The notes: a model not told the origin generated them from the sequence alone. A stretch of 64,000 nt of DNA from an uncultured virus (IMG/VR IMGVR_UViG_3300030330_005363) (IMGVR_UViG_3300030330_005363:1-64000), one strand, 5' to 3'; positions 1 through 9,271 are shown, counted from the stretch's first letter. A program made the numbers and translations.

Positions 1-56
1 AACACTTGATTTCTCAATATCTTACATAGATATTTTAAAATATAAGTATTTAATAG

Positions 57-104
57 TGTGACATTAGCTATATATAGTAACCTAATAACAGGCTATTGTC
101 ATAC
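57..104. promoter_or_regulatory. Inverted-repeat operator/origin site (TGTGACA...TGTCATAC), copy 1
   Basis: TGACATTAGC...GCTATTGTCA dyad; a related copy lies in opposite orientation at 57308-57354. Confidence 0.65.
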
Positions 105-192
105 TTTTATAAGTTGAGGTGCTCACTCATTCATATTTGATTTACCAGGAAACGAGTGTAACTAACTGGACTTTAAAACAAACTGAGTTACT

Positions 193-414
193 TTACTTCG
201 CCCAGTTTGGTATTTTATTAGTATTTGTATAATTTCCATACTCATTGAAGCATGCCATACTTAATAATCTTTCTTGATTTAGTGAGAATACCGCATCGTG
301 GTCGTACTCAAACTTTTCACCTTTTTTATTTGTGAATGAAATTAGTAAGTTTTTACCGATTAATGATTTAGAAATTACAAATCTTTTTTTAGTTATTTTA
401 GTTAATTTAGACAT
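193..414 (-). CDS. Early hypothetical protein (73 aa)
   Basis: ATG ORF directly downstream of a class I promoter. Confidence 0.75.
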   Translation of the reverse strand: MSKLTKITKKRFVISKSLIGKNLLISFTNKKGEKFEYDHDAVFSLNQERLLSMACFNEYGNYTNTNKIPNWAK

Positions 415-444
415 AAGTTATTATTTTAATTATTAGTTTATTAT

Positions 445-474
445 ATTATCCAGTTTTAGTTGTATTTAAATTGT
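445..474 (-). promoter_or_regulatory. Class I (early) phage promoter A
   Basis: ACAA-tttaaa-TACAA-ctaaaact-GGATAAT on - strand; one of 5 copies with identical spacing. Confidence 0.8.
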
Positions 475-478
475 GAAA

Positions 479-583
479 TTAAATTCCGTAAATAATTCTC
501 ACAAGTTGATATACAAAGTTAATTACATTAAGAGCGAATAAAGAAAGAGCAGTGTAGAAAGCGTATAATTTTAATTTAAGCAT
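479..583 (-). CDS. Small hydrophobic early protein (34 aa, MLKLKLYAFYTALSLFALNVINFVYQLVRIIYGI)
   Basis: Read manually; sits between promoters B and A; single TM-like stretch. Confidence 0.65.
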   Translation of the reverse strand: MLKLKLYAFYTALSLFALNVINFVYQLVRIIYGI

Positions 584-626
584 AATTTAAGTTTTTAATT
601 GTTAGTTATTTAGTTTAGTTATTATT

Positions 627-656
627 ATTATCCAGTTGAGGTTGTAGTTACATTGT
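627..656 (-). promoter_or_regulatory. Class I (early) phage promoter B
   Basis: ACAA-tgtaac-TACAA-cctcaact-GGATAAT. Confidence 0.8.
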
Positions 657-663
657 AAATGTA

Positions 664-765
664 TTATTGAAATTTGTTTATGATATAACGACAAACAAGA
701 GCTGCAATGATCGCCAGCTTAAGAGCTGTAACAAATGTAAGAACAATACCGAAGAATAAAGACAT
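664..765 (-). CDS. Small membrane early protein (33 aa, MSLFFGIVLTFVTALKLAIIAALVCRYIINKFQ)
   Basis: 3' part of track ORF 664..921; ATG at 765 lies downstream of promoter C; hydrophobic. Confidence 0.65.
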   Translation of the reverse strand: MSLFFGIVLTFVTALKLAIIAALVCRYIINKFQ

Positions 766-795
766 AATGATTAGGTTTAATTGGTTAACATATAT

Positions 796-825
796 ATTAT
801 CCAAGAATAATCGTAGATAAATTGT
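796..825 (-). promoter_or_regulatory. Class I (early) phage promoter C
   Basis: ACAA-tttatc-TACGA-ttattctt-GGATAAT. Confidence 0.8.
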
Positions 826-846
826 GAAATTAGTTTTGTTGAGGTT

Positions 847-979
847 GGGGATAGGGTGGGGAGGGGGAGGGGTAGGCTGGGGTGGGCCTGGGGCTGGGTA
901 GGGCGGGGTAGGGGATGGCATGGGGCCCGGTTAAAAAATATGGATTTTTCTGGGGAAAGGGAAGTAGAGGGAGGAAGGG
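847..979 (+). repeat. G-run tract with G-quadruplex potential at the strand-divergence point
   Basis: 13 runs of >=3 G in 847-925 plus 4 more in 952-979, in an otherwise very AT-rich genome. Confidence 0.85.
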
Positions 980-1006
980 TAACCCCATACTTCTATATAT
1001 CTAATA

Positions 1007-1029
1007 TGTAAATTTTAACGTTTATATGT
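1007..1029 (+). promoter_or_regulatory. Putative class II (middle/late) promoter
   Basis: TGTAAATTTTAACGTTTATATGT, 18/23 identical to the - strand site at 55889-55911; heads the + arm. Confidence 0.5.
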
Positions 1030-1078
1030 GAGTTACTATCTTTATACAGGTGACTTAAAAATATTAAACAATAAAAAA

Positions 1079-1366
1079 ATGCCAGGATCAACAGAATCAA
1101 ACGAAAGAATGGGTGCGATGGTTAGAAACGTTAGCCCACAAGAATGTCCGCAGGGATATGAGGGTATATACCCAGATTGTAAAAAAATTAAACAAATGGA
1201 AGAAGCTATAGTTACTACAAGTGAAGATCCAAACGCTTTAAAAAAAGGTGAATTAACTAGTTGGGAGCAAAAACATGGAAAACTTAGCGAAAAAGATCAA
1301 AAAATAGCAGATAAACTTAGTTTAATTTCTGCTCAACGATTTGCAAAAGAACAACAAGAAAAATAA
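1079..1366 (+). CDS. Hypothetical protein (probable start MPGSTES)
   Basis: ATG at 1079 follows an A-rich leader; charged protein. Confidence 0.65.
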   Translation: MPGSTESNERMGAMVRNVSPQECPQGYEGIYPDCKKIKQMEEAIVTTSEDPNALKKGELTSWEQKHGKLSEKDQKIADKLSLISAQRFAKEQQEK

Positions 1367-1374
1367 ATATTAAA

Positions 1375-1587
1375 ATGGGACAAGGATACAACGCTAGATT
1401 AGACGAAACTTTAGGTAATAAAGACGGAAAAGAGTCTAGTAAAAAACAGTCTATGAAAGATAGACGTCATGAATCTGAATCTATGGAAAAGAAAGATCAT
1501 GATCACAAATACGGCTCTGATGCTGGGATGGGTTATAGAGAAGGAACCCACAAAATATTAAAACACATGGGCGGTAGAGGCGTCTAA
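1375..1587 (+). CDS. Small charged hypothetical protein
   Basis: ORF; C-terminal HKILKHM motif shared with 9282..9512. Confidence 0.75.
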   Translation: MGQGYNARLDETLGNKDGKESSKKQSMKDRRHESESMEKKDHDHKYGSDAGMGYREGTHKILKHMGGRGV

Positions 1588-1602
1588 AAAAATATAGAAA
1601 TC

Positions 1603-2331
1603 ATGGGAGGACCGTTTCAAAAAATTAACTCAATAGATGACGAACTATTTGATGCAACTGACAACGCAGCGAATAAAAACATGCAAAAAACAGTAGATAA
1701 TGCTAATACTTCTAGAATGAAGACTTCTGGAACAGGTAATACGTTTAGAGCAATACTGTCAGCAGATGGTAGTGGGTACACACCATTAGACGATGCTTAC
1801 AGAACCAAAGCCGGAAGAGGTAATATGACTCCAGTTTTCAGTGGAGAAGGTGGTTCTGGTAAAGGTGGAGCTTATCAAAAAGGAGATTTATCAGCGAAAG
1901 CTCAAGCAGAAAAAGCAGAAGCCGATAGAAAGTCAAGTTTAGCGTCAATGAGTAGAAAAGATAGAAATAAAGCTTGGAGATCTGGTGAAATGGACGAAGC
2001 TACTTGGCGTGAAAGTAAGGCGTTAGCTAAGCAAAAGAAGTTAACAGAGAAAGAAAATAGAAAAAATCAGTCTGGAATTCACTATGATTCTAGTACAGAT
2101 AAGGGAATTGCTGATAGATATCAAGATTATTCTAAAAAATCTCAAAAACAGTTCGCAAAAGAGTCAAAAAAGCAAGATAAACAAAATATGAAGGCTATGA
2201 AGCACTATGAAAGTGCTAGAGGATTGGCAGAAAGAATAATGCCGGACGCTTCAAATAAAGAATTGAGACAAAAAACTAGATCAATTAAGAGACAAAGAAA
2301 AAATTACGCAAAAGCCCACAAAAATACGTAA
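1603..2331 (+). CDS. Basic low-complexity hypothetical protein
   Basis: 242-aa ORF, Lys/Arg-rich C-terminal half. Confidence 0.75.
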   Translation: MGGPFQKINSIDDELFDATDNAANKNMQKTVDNANTSRMKTSGTGNTFRAILSADGSGYTPLDDAYRTKAGRGNMTPVFSGEGGSGKGGAYQKGDLSAKAQAEKAEADRKSSLASMSRKDRNKAWRSGEMDEATWRESKALAKQKKLTEKENRKNQSGIHYDSSTDKGIADRYQDYSKKSQKQFAKESKKQDKQNMKAMKHYESARGLAERIMPDASNKELRQKTRSIKRQRKNYAKAHKNT

Positions 2332-2334
2332 AAA

Positions 2335-4959
2335 ATGGCAATAATATATACCTACCCGCCGGTAACTAATCCAGATGGTACGGAGTTAATTGTAGTATCA
2401 GAGACAAAAAACAAAAATTCAACCAGATTAATCACATTAGCTGGCATATGCGAATTTTGTGATGAAACATCTTGTGATCACTCTTTTAAATTCATCCAAA
2501 CATCGTCAGCAACAGCTGCTGAAGCGGTTGGGTGTAGTGATACTTTAACATTAACTTCATCAGATGCGAGTGTTACCATAACAAACGCTGGAAATACAGT
2601 AGATTTCAAGTGTGAATCAAGTGGACCTAGCGGTTGTCCCACCACTTACGCGCTTAAACCCGTTAGTTGTAATACAGAAACAGGTGAAGATATATGTACT
2701 ATAGACGAAGATGCAAGAAATTGGATATTTACATGTGAATCATCATTTGAAGCATTAAGTCCTGGTTATGTAAAGTTATCAAACAATGGTTCTCCAGTAA
2801 CTTATCCTGTAGATGAGGAAGAAATAAGAGATTGTTGGTATGTTTGTGAATGGTCACCTATACCTACAGGACTTGAATCATGTGAAGAGTGTTGTGCGCC
2901 TCCTGAAGATCCTGTAATACGAGGCACAAATTGTGAGACCGATGAAATTTTATTTGAAACTTTACAAAGTAACATATCTGGACCTGCTGGTTGGGAAACT
3001 GCTATAGATAATGATTGTGAGTTTGGTCAATTTACTGGTGGCGAAGCAGTTAATTGCATAAAGTTGACTACTGCCGGTACTGATGATGGTAGTACACCAA
3101 TATTAAATAGTATAAAAAGTTTATCTTTACCTGATTGTGGTTGTGAGTGTTGTTTATATGAATGTTCATTTACATTAACACCTTGTCCAGGAGATCCACC
3201 ATCAGCACATGATCCTTTATCTGGACAAGTTGTAGCACCAGATGATATTGGACTTTGTGAAAGCTTAAATGATGGAGATGTAGTTAACGTTACTTTTGAA
3301 GAAGCAAGTTACTGTTACACTCTTACTAAAGTTTGTATGTCACCTGAAATACCTGTTACTATGGTTCCAGTAGATAATTGTGATAATGAAGTTTGTGGTG
3401 ATGAACCACCAGAGTTTTTAAGATTTAAAACATGTGAAGCAGAAGAATGGTTATGGGAAGATGAAACTGATCCAATACCTGCAGCATTTAGAAGTCCTGG
3501 AATTCATTATATAGGTGACTTGGATGGAGGAGATACACATTCCTTCTGTGTAGATGGAAATTGTTGCATCGAAGTACAAGGAGTAGCATTCTCCGGTCCT
3601 ACAGCGCCTTGGGCTGTAACAGCACCATGTGATTTTGCTTATGAAACTAGTTCTAGTTCATGTTCTTGTTGTATATACTATGATGTAGTTACATATGAAA
3701 ATTGTGATGAAGAATGTTTTGTTGAAGGATTTCCTCAAATAAACATAGATGTATGTGCATGGGGTCAAACTATTGGTGAATCATGGAAACCATCTACAGC
3801 ACCTGATTACATAAAAATAGATCTTGGTGGACCTGATGATGTGCAATGTTGTTATCAGAAAGTAGATCCTAACCCTTGCGTAGAAGAAAACTTAATTTCT
3901 GGAGCAGCAAAAGCATATACTGACTTAAGTACTGATATAGCTTGGATATCTTGTGAAGATTGTGAAGGTGAAGCACCTACATATGTAAAGTATGACAACT
4001 GTGATGATCCTACTGGAGATAAATGGGTATCTTCAACTGGTACTCCTGGTTCGGAAAGTTGGAGTGTTGGACAAATAATAAAACAAAGTGGAAACTGCTA
4101 TGAGGTTTTAGAAAACCCTTCTACATTAGCTGGTCCATTAGTGGAATTACCAGGTTTCATAGCTTATTCAACACCTGAAGTAGATTGTGTGTGTTGTAAT
4201 AGTGGTCCAAATAGAGAATACCAACGTTGTTCTTCAGAAGAAATAATAGTAGTAGATCCATCAGCTTGGGCAGCATTGAACGAATTTAGTATTGATAATA
4301 AGATTAAAGGAGAGCAAGCTGCTACGCCAGGTAAGTTTATTTGTTATGAATTTACTCAATGTACAAGTGATGCACCGACTGCTGGGTTTAGTGATTTCCA
4401 AATATCAACTGGATGTGATGATACAGATTGTACCCCTTTAATACAACTTACAAGTTGTGATGGTGCGTATACAGAAGTAGTAGCTTTATCTGATCTTAAT
4501 CCCGCGGCTGATGCTTTAGCATTAATGGATGTTATTGAAGTAACAGCTGGACCACTTGCAAGTCTAAGTAACTGTTGGGAGGTAACTGATTTATCACCAG
4601 CCGGACCGGCGACACAAGTTGGAATAAACAATTGGAATGGTCCTATAGCAGGAAATCCTGGTGAAGGATTAACTGCTTGTGACTGTTGTGATCAAGATTT
4701 AAGAATATATACTATATGTGAAGGTGCGGCAGGAGCAACGTGTGATCTTAGTGCAACTTCAGCTTTATTGATTGACGTTTCACTTGTTCCTGGATGGGAT
4801 GCTGTAACATATGCAGTAGCACAATGTACTGATTCAACAACAGGAATAACATGTTGTTATGAACTTAATGTAGAATTACCTACGTGTAATATTCCTACAG
4901 GAGTCATAAACGGAAGTGTAGCCGAATGTGGAGATGAAGAAAGTTGTAATTTCTTATAA
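2335..4959 (+). CDS. Cysteine-rich repetitive fibre/spike-like structural protein
   Basis: 874 aa, acidic; recurring modules ending in C-x-CC with CY/CW motifs; N-terminus resembles fibre attachment segments. Confidence 0.6.
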   Translation: MAIIYTYPPVTNPDGTELIVVSETKNKNSTRLITLAGICEFCDETSCDHSFKFIQTSSATAAEAVGCSDTLTLTSSDASVTITNAGNTVDFKCESSGPSGCPTTYALKPVSCNTETGEDICTIDEDARNWIFTCESSFEALSPGYVKLSNNGSPVTYPVDEEEIRDCWYVCEWSPIPTGLESCEECCAPPEDPVIRGTNCETDEILFETLQSNISGPAGWETAIDNDCEFGQFTGGEAVNCIKLTTAGTDDGSTPILNSIKSLSLPDCGCECCLYECSFTLTPCPGDPPSAHDPLSGQVVAPDDIGLCESLNDGDVVNVTFEEASYCYTLTKVCMSPEIPVTMVPVDNCDNEVCGDEPPEFLRFKTCEAEEWLWEDETDPIPAAFRSPGIHYIGDLDGGDTHSFCVDGNCCIEVQGVAFSGPTAPWAVTAPCDFAYETSSSSCSCCIYYDVVTYENCDEECFVEGFPQINIDVCAWGQTIGESWKPSTAPDYIKIDLGGPDDVQCCYQKVDPNPCVEENLISGAAKAYTDLSTDIAWISCEDCEGEAPTYVKYDNCDDPTGDKWVSSTGTPGSESWSVGQIIKQSGNCYEVLENPSTLAGPLVELPGFIAYSTPEVDCVCCNSGPNREYQRCSSEEIIVVDPSAWAALNEFSIDNKIKGEQAATPGKFICYEFTQCTSDAPTAGFSDFQISTGCDDTDCTPLIQLTSCDGAYTEVVALSDLNPAADALALMDVIEVTAGPLASLSNCWEVTDLSPAGPATQVGINNWNGPIAGNPGEGLTACDCCDQDLRIYTICEGAAGATCDLSATSALLIDVSLVPGWDAVTYAVAQCTDSTTGITCCYELNVELPTCNIPTGVINGSVAECGDEESCNFL

Positions 4960-4967
4960 TTAAAATC

Positions 4968-4983
4968 CCCCGCTTCGGCGGGG
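4968..4983. terminator. GC hairpin with C(UUCG)G tetraloop
   Basis: CCCCGC-TTCG-GCGGGG just after the stop of 2335..4959; no U-tract on + strand, so it may be a stabilising or processing hairpin. Confidence 0.55.
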
Positions 4984-5035
4984 AAATAACCATACTATCA
5001 AGTGATAGTAATTAATAACCTATAAAAATAAAACC

Positions 5036-5329
5036 ATGACATTTTTATATACCAGCGGCTTTAAAGCTGCTATGCAACCTGACCAAAGAATGGTCGACCT
5101 TTGGAAACATATAACCGAAAAGAAAAACTGGAGGATTGTACAGTTACCAAATGGATTTTTTCAAACAGAATACTTACACCCTGAAGATAAAGATTGGATA
5201 GATGTAACAAGAAGAGAAACATTAGTAGGAGCAGAAGCTGCTATTGATGGCTCTATAGAACATTACTCTAAAAAACTAGAATTCTTAAAAGGGCCTAAAG
5301 TAGTTAAAACATTTACAGATGAAGTATAG
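5036..5329 (+). CDS. Hypothetical protein
   Basis: 97-aa ORF with A-rich leader. Confidence 0.8.
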   Translation: MTFLYTSGFKAAMQPDQRMVDLWKHITEKKNWRIVQLPNGFFQTEYLHPEDKDWIDVTRRETLVGAEAAIDGSIEHYSKKLEFLKGPKVVKTFTDEV

Positions 5330-5372
5330 ACCTAAGCCAAAGCCGAAGCCAAAGCCGAAGCCTAAGAAGTAA
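5319..5372 (+). CDS. 17-aa micropeptide MKYR(PK)6K
   Basis: ATG...TAA; the hexamer repeat varies only at the Pro wobble position (CCT/CCA/CCG). Confidence 0.55.
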   Translation: MKYRPKPKPKPKPKPKK

Positions 5373-5397
5373 TTTAAAACCAATTTAATTTAATATA

Positions 5398-6960
5398 ATG
5401 AACGAAAAAATAGTTAAGCACCTCAACTTTGGAGAGGATGCTAAGAATAAAATATTTGAAGGAATAGATAAACTCACAAAAGCCGTTAGCTCCACTCTTG
5501 GAGCTGGTGGCCAATGTGTGATACTAGAAGATAGTCACGGTAATCCTCAAATAACTAAAGACGGCGTAACAGTTGCCAATGATATAATTCTATTAGATCC
5601 TGTAGAAAACATGGGATCCAAGTTGTTAAAAGAAGCAGCTAGAAAAACTGTTAAAGAAGCAGGTGATGGAACAACAACAGCAACCGTTTTGGCACGTGCT
5701 ATTCTAAAAGAAGCTCAGAGTGCCGAATCGGAAAACCCGCGTGAACTTAAAGAAGGTATTAATAACGCTGTTGAAAAAGTAGTTACATACTTAAACAAGA
5801 TTTCTAAACCTGTTAGTGGAGACAGAATACAACAAGTGGCTACTATTTCCGCAAACAATGATAAAGAATTAGGAAATATTATAGGGAGTGCTTTTAAAGC
5901 GGTAGACGAAACAGGCATTGTGTCGATGGAAGTTAATGATCAACCAGAGACTGTGGTAGAAAATATTGAAGGAATTCAATATGAAAAAGGATTTTCATCT
6001 CCTCATTTCATAACCAACAAAAGTTTAAATACAGCTGAATTAGATTCTCCATTGGTACTGATTGTAGAAAATAAAATAGATAATATAAGAAAACTACAAT
6101 CTACATTAGAGTGGATTATGAGTAAAGAAAGTGGTCAACCTTCTCTACTTTTAATAGCAGACGTAGATCTTCAAGTAAAACAAGCGTTAGCTATGAACAC
6201 CTTAAAAGGTAATTTTAAATTAAACTTAATTGAACCACCTATATTTGGTGTAAATAGAAAAGATATTTTAGACGACTTGTGTTTGTTAACAGGAGCAACT
6301 TTAATCAATGAAGATTTAGGTGATGATATGGATTTAATACAACCAGAACATTTTGGTAAATGTAAAAAATCTGTAAGTACAGCTGTTGAAACGTTGATTC
6401 AAGTAGATGAAATTCCAGAAGAAGTTAATGAAGTAATTAATTCAATTAAAGAAAAACTTGAATCTACTTCTAATCCTAACTTTAAAATTAGGTATGAAAA
6501 AAGATTAGCACGTTTATTAGCTAAAATGGCTATTGTTAAAATTGGTGCAAACTCAGAAGTAGAGCTTAAAGAAAAACAAGATAGAGTTGAAGATGCTATT
6601 TGTGCTACAAAAGCCGCTATAAAAGAAGGTATAGTACCAGGAGGAGGAGTAGCGTTGTTAAACGCAGCAAACAATATAAAAGCAAAAAGTAAAGGAGAAC
6701 AAGTACTATTAAATGCTATTTGTGCACCATATAGTACTATTCTTAAAAACGCTGGAATAGAAGAAATCTCAATGCCAGAAGTAAATGGTCGAGGTTTAGA
6801 TGTGGTTACAGGAAAAGCGGTAAATATGGTTAAAGCCGGTATAATTGATCCATTGCTGGTAACTAAAAGTGCTTTACTAAATGCGGCTTCTGTAGCTACT
6901 ACTATTTTATCTACCAATTGTGTCATTAATAATTTAAGAGTAAATGAAGGCAATAGGTAA
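5398..6960 (+). CDS. groEL: Chaperonin GroEL (phage-encoded)
   Basis: ITKDGVTVA, AGDGTTTATVLA and GIVPGGG motifs; lacks the GGM tail. Confidence 0.97.
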   Translation: MNEKIVKHLNFGEDAKNKIFEGIDKLTKAVSSTLGAGGQCVILEDSHGNPQITKDGVTVANDIILLDPVENMGSKLLKEAARKTVKEAGDGTTTATVLARAILKEAQSAESENPRELKEGINNAVEKVVTYLNKISKPVSGDRIQQVATISANNDKELGNIIGSAFKAVDETGIVSMEVNDQPETVVENIEGIQYEKGFSSPHFITNKSLNTAELDSPLVLIVENKIDNIRKLQSTLEWIMSKESGQPSLLLIADVDLQVKQALAMNTLKGNFKLNLIEPPIFGVNRKDILDDLCLLTGATLINEDLGDDMDLIQPEHFGKCKKSVSTAVETLIQVDEIPEEVNEVINSIKEKLESTSNPNFKIRYEKRLARLLAKMAIVKIGANSEVELKEKQDRVEDAICATKAAIKEGIVPGGGVALLNAANNIKAKSKGEQVLLNAICAPYSTILKNAGIEEISMPEVNGRGLDVVTGKAVNMVKAGIIDPLLVTKSALLNAASVATTILSTNCVINNLRVNEGNR

Positions 6961-7204
6961 AAATATAGTAATAAAAGAAATAAAAGAAACTACTAAAAAA
7001 TCTGAATCAGGTTTATTATTAGGAGAAAAACAAAGAGAAGATATAAGATATAGAAAAGGAGTTGTTGTTTTACCTGGTAATTTAGTAGAAACAGTAAACA
7101 CTGGAAGTGACATTTATTTCGATAGACATGCAGGATTTAAATTAGATTTAAACGATGAGATTTATACTATAATACAAGAAAAAGATATTGTTATTGTATT
7201 ATGA
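6944..7204 (+). CDS. groES: Co-chaperonin GroES
   Basis: KKSESGLLL mobile loop, G-x-V, terminal EKDIVIVL; overlaps groEL stop. Confidence 0.85.
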   Translation: MKAIGKNIVIKEIKETTKKSESGLLLGEKQREDIRYRKGVVVLPGNLVETVNTGSDIYFDRHAGFKLDLNDEIYTIIQEKDIVIVL

Positions 7205-7656
7205 GAAAATTGAATTCAACTGATTTAAAAAAAATAAATATACTCAAACATTATCGCATCATACGTAAATGGGCAGCAAAAACAAGTGATCTTAAAGAAG
7301 CAGATCTTGAACTGTTAATATACTTAGAAGCGATAGATAGATTTACTAAAAACGATTTTAAAATCGGTACGTACGCATATAGCTGGGACAACAGACGCTG
7401 GAACAGATTACTTAAGGAGGGATGGATAGTGGTATGGCGCGCAAGAAACCGCACCACTCAAAAGTATCATATATATAAAGTTTCTTTCAAGTGTAAACAG
7501 CTAATTTCTCGAATGTACCGTATAATGTTAGGAGAAGAGGATATTCCTGAAACAACTAGATCTAATAAGTTAATGAAACGTAAAAGATATAGTGATTCAG
7601 TTTTATCCACTTCTATAACTTATTTAAATAAAGATAAAACAAGAGGTTATGGGTGA
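7201..7656 (+). CDS. Hypothetical protein, possible winged-helix DNA-binding fold
   Basis: ORF; LKEADLELLIYL...RLLKEGWIVV pattern. Confidence 0.6.
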   Translation: MRKLNSTDLKKINILKHYRIIRKWAAKTSDLKEADLELLIYLEAIDRFTKNDFKIGTYAYSWDNRRWNRLLKEGWIVVWRARNRTTQKYHIYKVSFKCKQLISRMYRIMLGEEDIPETTRSNKLMKRKRYSDSVLSTSITYLNKDKTRGYG

Positions 7657-8029
7657 TGAGTTACAAATGAATGATCTTTCAAAAGTTCAAACGCAAAGTG
7701 GACTTCAAAGTGCTGGGCAATGGGCTAGTATGGCTAGTAAAATACCAGTAATAGGTAATTTTGCTTCCCCATTTGCAGCTGCTGCAGGTTTTTTGTATGG
7801 TCACTCACAAGGAGATGCTAAATTTCAAGAAATGGTTAATCAACAAGCTGGTGATAAAGCTACAGCTAGTAGAAATAATTTAAATAATGCTTTAGCTCAA
7901 GATTTAAGTGGTGCTGGTACTTTACCTAAACCACAGCCAACACAAATTGTTAATGCACCTGAACCATCTCAATCGACTCAAATTACTGATCAACTAAATG
8001 CTTTAAAAATAAATACTCAAGTATCATGA
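7649..8029 (+). CDS. Hypothetical protein
   Basis: ORF coupled to neighbours; Gly/Ala hydrophobic patch. Confidence 0.7.
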   Translation: MGDELQMNDLSKVQTQSGLQSAGQWASMASKIPVIGNFASPFAAAAGFLYGHSQGDAKFQEMVNQQAGDKATASRNNLNNALAQDLSGAGTLPKPQPTQIVNAPEPSQSTQITDQLNALKINTQVS

Positions 8030-8220
8030 CACCATACGACTTAACAAAAACAGCAATGGATGCTACCTATAAAGATTTATCTGGTTCAAGCACCTTACCC
8101 GAGGCTACTACTCCTGAAAATCTAGGAGATGGTTCTATGTTAATGCAAGAAAATGCTCAATTTGCTAACGACGCTAAGCCTCAAAATGAAGTTAACACAA
8201 GTTCTTATCAAGGAGCTTAA
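8026..8220 (+). CDS. Hypothetical protein
   Basis: ATGA-coupled ORF. Confidence 0.65.
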   Translation: MTPYDLTKTAMDATYKDLSGSSTLPEATTPENLGDGSMLMQENAQFANDAKPQNEVNTSSYQGA

Positions 8221-8232
8221 AAAAAATAAATT

Positions 8233-8463
8233 ATGCCACAAAATATATTAAACGGATATAGAGGAAATAAAACAGGTAAGTATGAAGAACTACCTGATTC
8301 TATGAAACCTGGAAAAGGAAGAACGTACGCTGCAAGTATTGGACAAAAACCTGCTGGTAAAGAAAATCCATGTAAATTACCGCCTAATCCAAAAGGTATT
8401 CCATTACCAGGACAAGAATATCCAAAGGATCATGGAAATGCTGTTTTACGTGCAAACAAATAA
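8233..8463 (+). CDS. Hypothetical protein (Pro/Gly/Lys-rich)
   Basis: ORF with A-rich leader. Confidence 0.7.
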   Translation: MPQNILNGYRGNKTGKYEELPDSMKPGKGRTYAASIGQKPAGKENPCKLPPNPKGIPLPGQEYPKDHGNAVLRANK

Positions 8464-8467
8464 GTCC

Positions 8468-8641
8468 ATGGAATTAGCAGATAGTATTAAGCTTTACGCT
8501 ATAAACACAGGAGCGTTTGCTGCAAGTTGTATTGATTGGATAGAACCCACTTTAAAAATATTATTACTAGCTGCTACTTTAGGTTACACGCTACATAAAT
8601 GGTATATATTAAAGAAAGAAAATAATGAGAAAAATAAATAA
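8468..8641 (+). CDS. Putative holin (57 aa, start MELADSIK)
   Basis: Hydrophobic segments and charged C-tail, immediately upstream of the amidase. Confidence 0.55.
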   Translation: MELADSIKLYAINTGAFAASCIDWIEPTLKILLLAATLGYTLHKWYILKKENNEKNK

Positions 8642-9038
8642 GATTATAGTACACTGCTCCGCTACACGTGAGGGAGAAAACATCCCTGTAGAAACCATTA
8701 GAAGATGGCACGTTGAAGGTAGAGGATGGAGTGACATAGGTTATCATTTCTACATTGACTTAGAAGGAAAAATATTCAAAGGTAGAGATATAGCCAAAAT
8801 CGGGGCTCACTGTAAAGGGCAGAATCGTAATTCTATAGGTATATGCTATTGTGGAGGCGTTGAGTCAGATGGTAAGACCCCGAAAGATACTAGAAACTTT
8901 GAACAAATTGAAGCATTATTATGTGTGCTTCGTACATTAAAAGCAATGTATCCAGATGCGACTATACATTCACATAGGGATTACGCGAGAAAAGCATGTC
9001 CATCGTTTGATGCGACAGAAGAATATAAAAACTTGTAA
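8625..9038 (+). CDS. N-acetylmuramoyl-L-alanine amidase (T7-lysozyme-like endolysin)
   Basis: IIVHCSAT, GWSDIGYHF, GAHCKGQN, SIGICYCGG and HRDY..KACPSF motifs. Confidence 0.95.
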   Translation: MRKINKIIVHCSATREGENIPVETIRRWHVEGRGWSDIGYHFYIDLEGKIFKGRDIAKIGAHCKGQNRNSIGICYCGGVESDGKTPKDTRNFEQIEALLCVLRTLKAMYPDATIHSHRDYARKACPSFDATEEYKNL

Positions 9039-9049
9039 TACTACAAAAC

Positions 9050-9271
9050 ATGTACAACTTTAAACCAATATTAGAAAATAGAAGATTAATTAAAAAGAAT
9101 AAACAAGATCTTGATACTGTAGAAAAAATGATGGGATTAGAAAGATTACCTGAAGGAGAGTTTAAAAGAAAAGGAGCTATCCCTGCAGATTTAGCCGGAC
9201 CTGATGCACCAGTAGAATATGAAATGGACGGTCTTGTTGCAAAACTAAAAGTAGAAGAACCAGCACCTTAA
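9050..9271 (+). CDS. Hypothetical protein
   Basis: ORF. Confidence 0.65.
   Translation: MYNFKPILENRRLIKKNKQDLDTVEKMMGLERLPEGEFKRKGAIPADLAGPDAPVEYEMDGLVAKLKVEEPAP

Noticed and set aside
445..825. CRISPR mini-array
   Set aside because: Repeats are gapped motifs separated by 140-150 nt of coding sequence; they behave as promoters and no cas genes are present.
766..921. Pro-rich N-terminal extension of track ORF 664..921
   Set aside because: It is the complement of the G-run tract and crosses promoter C; the real start is probably ATG 765.
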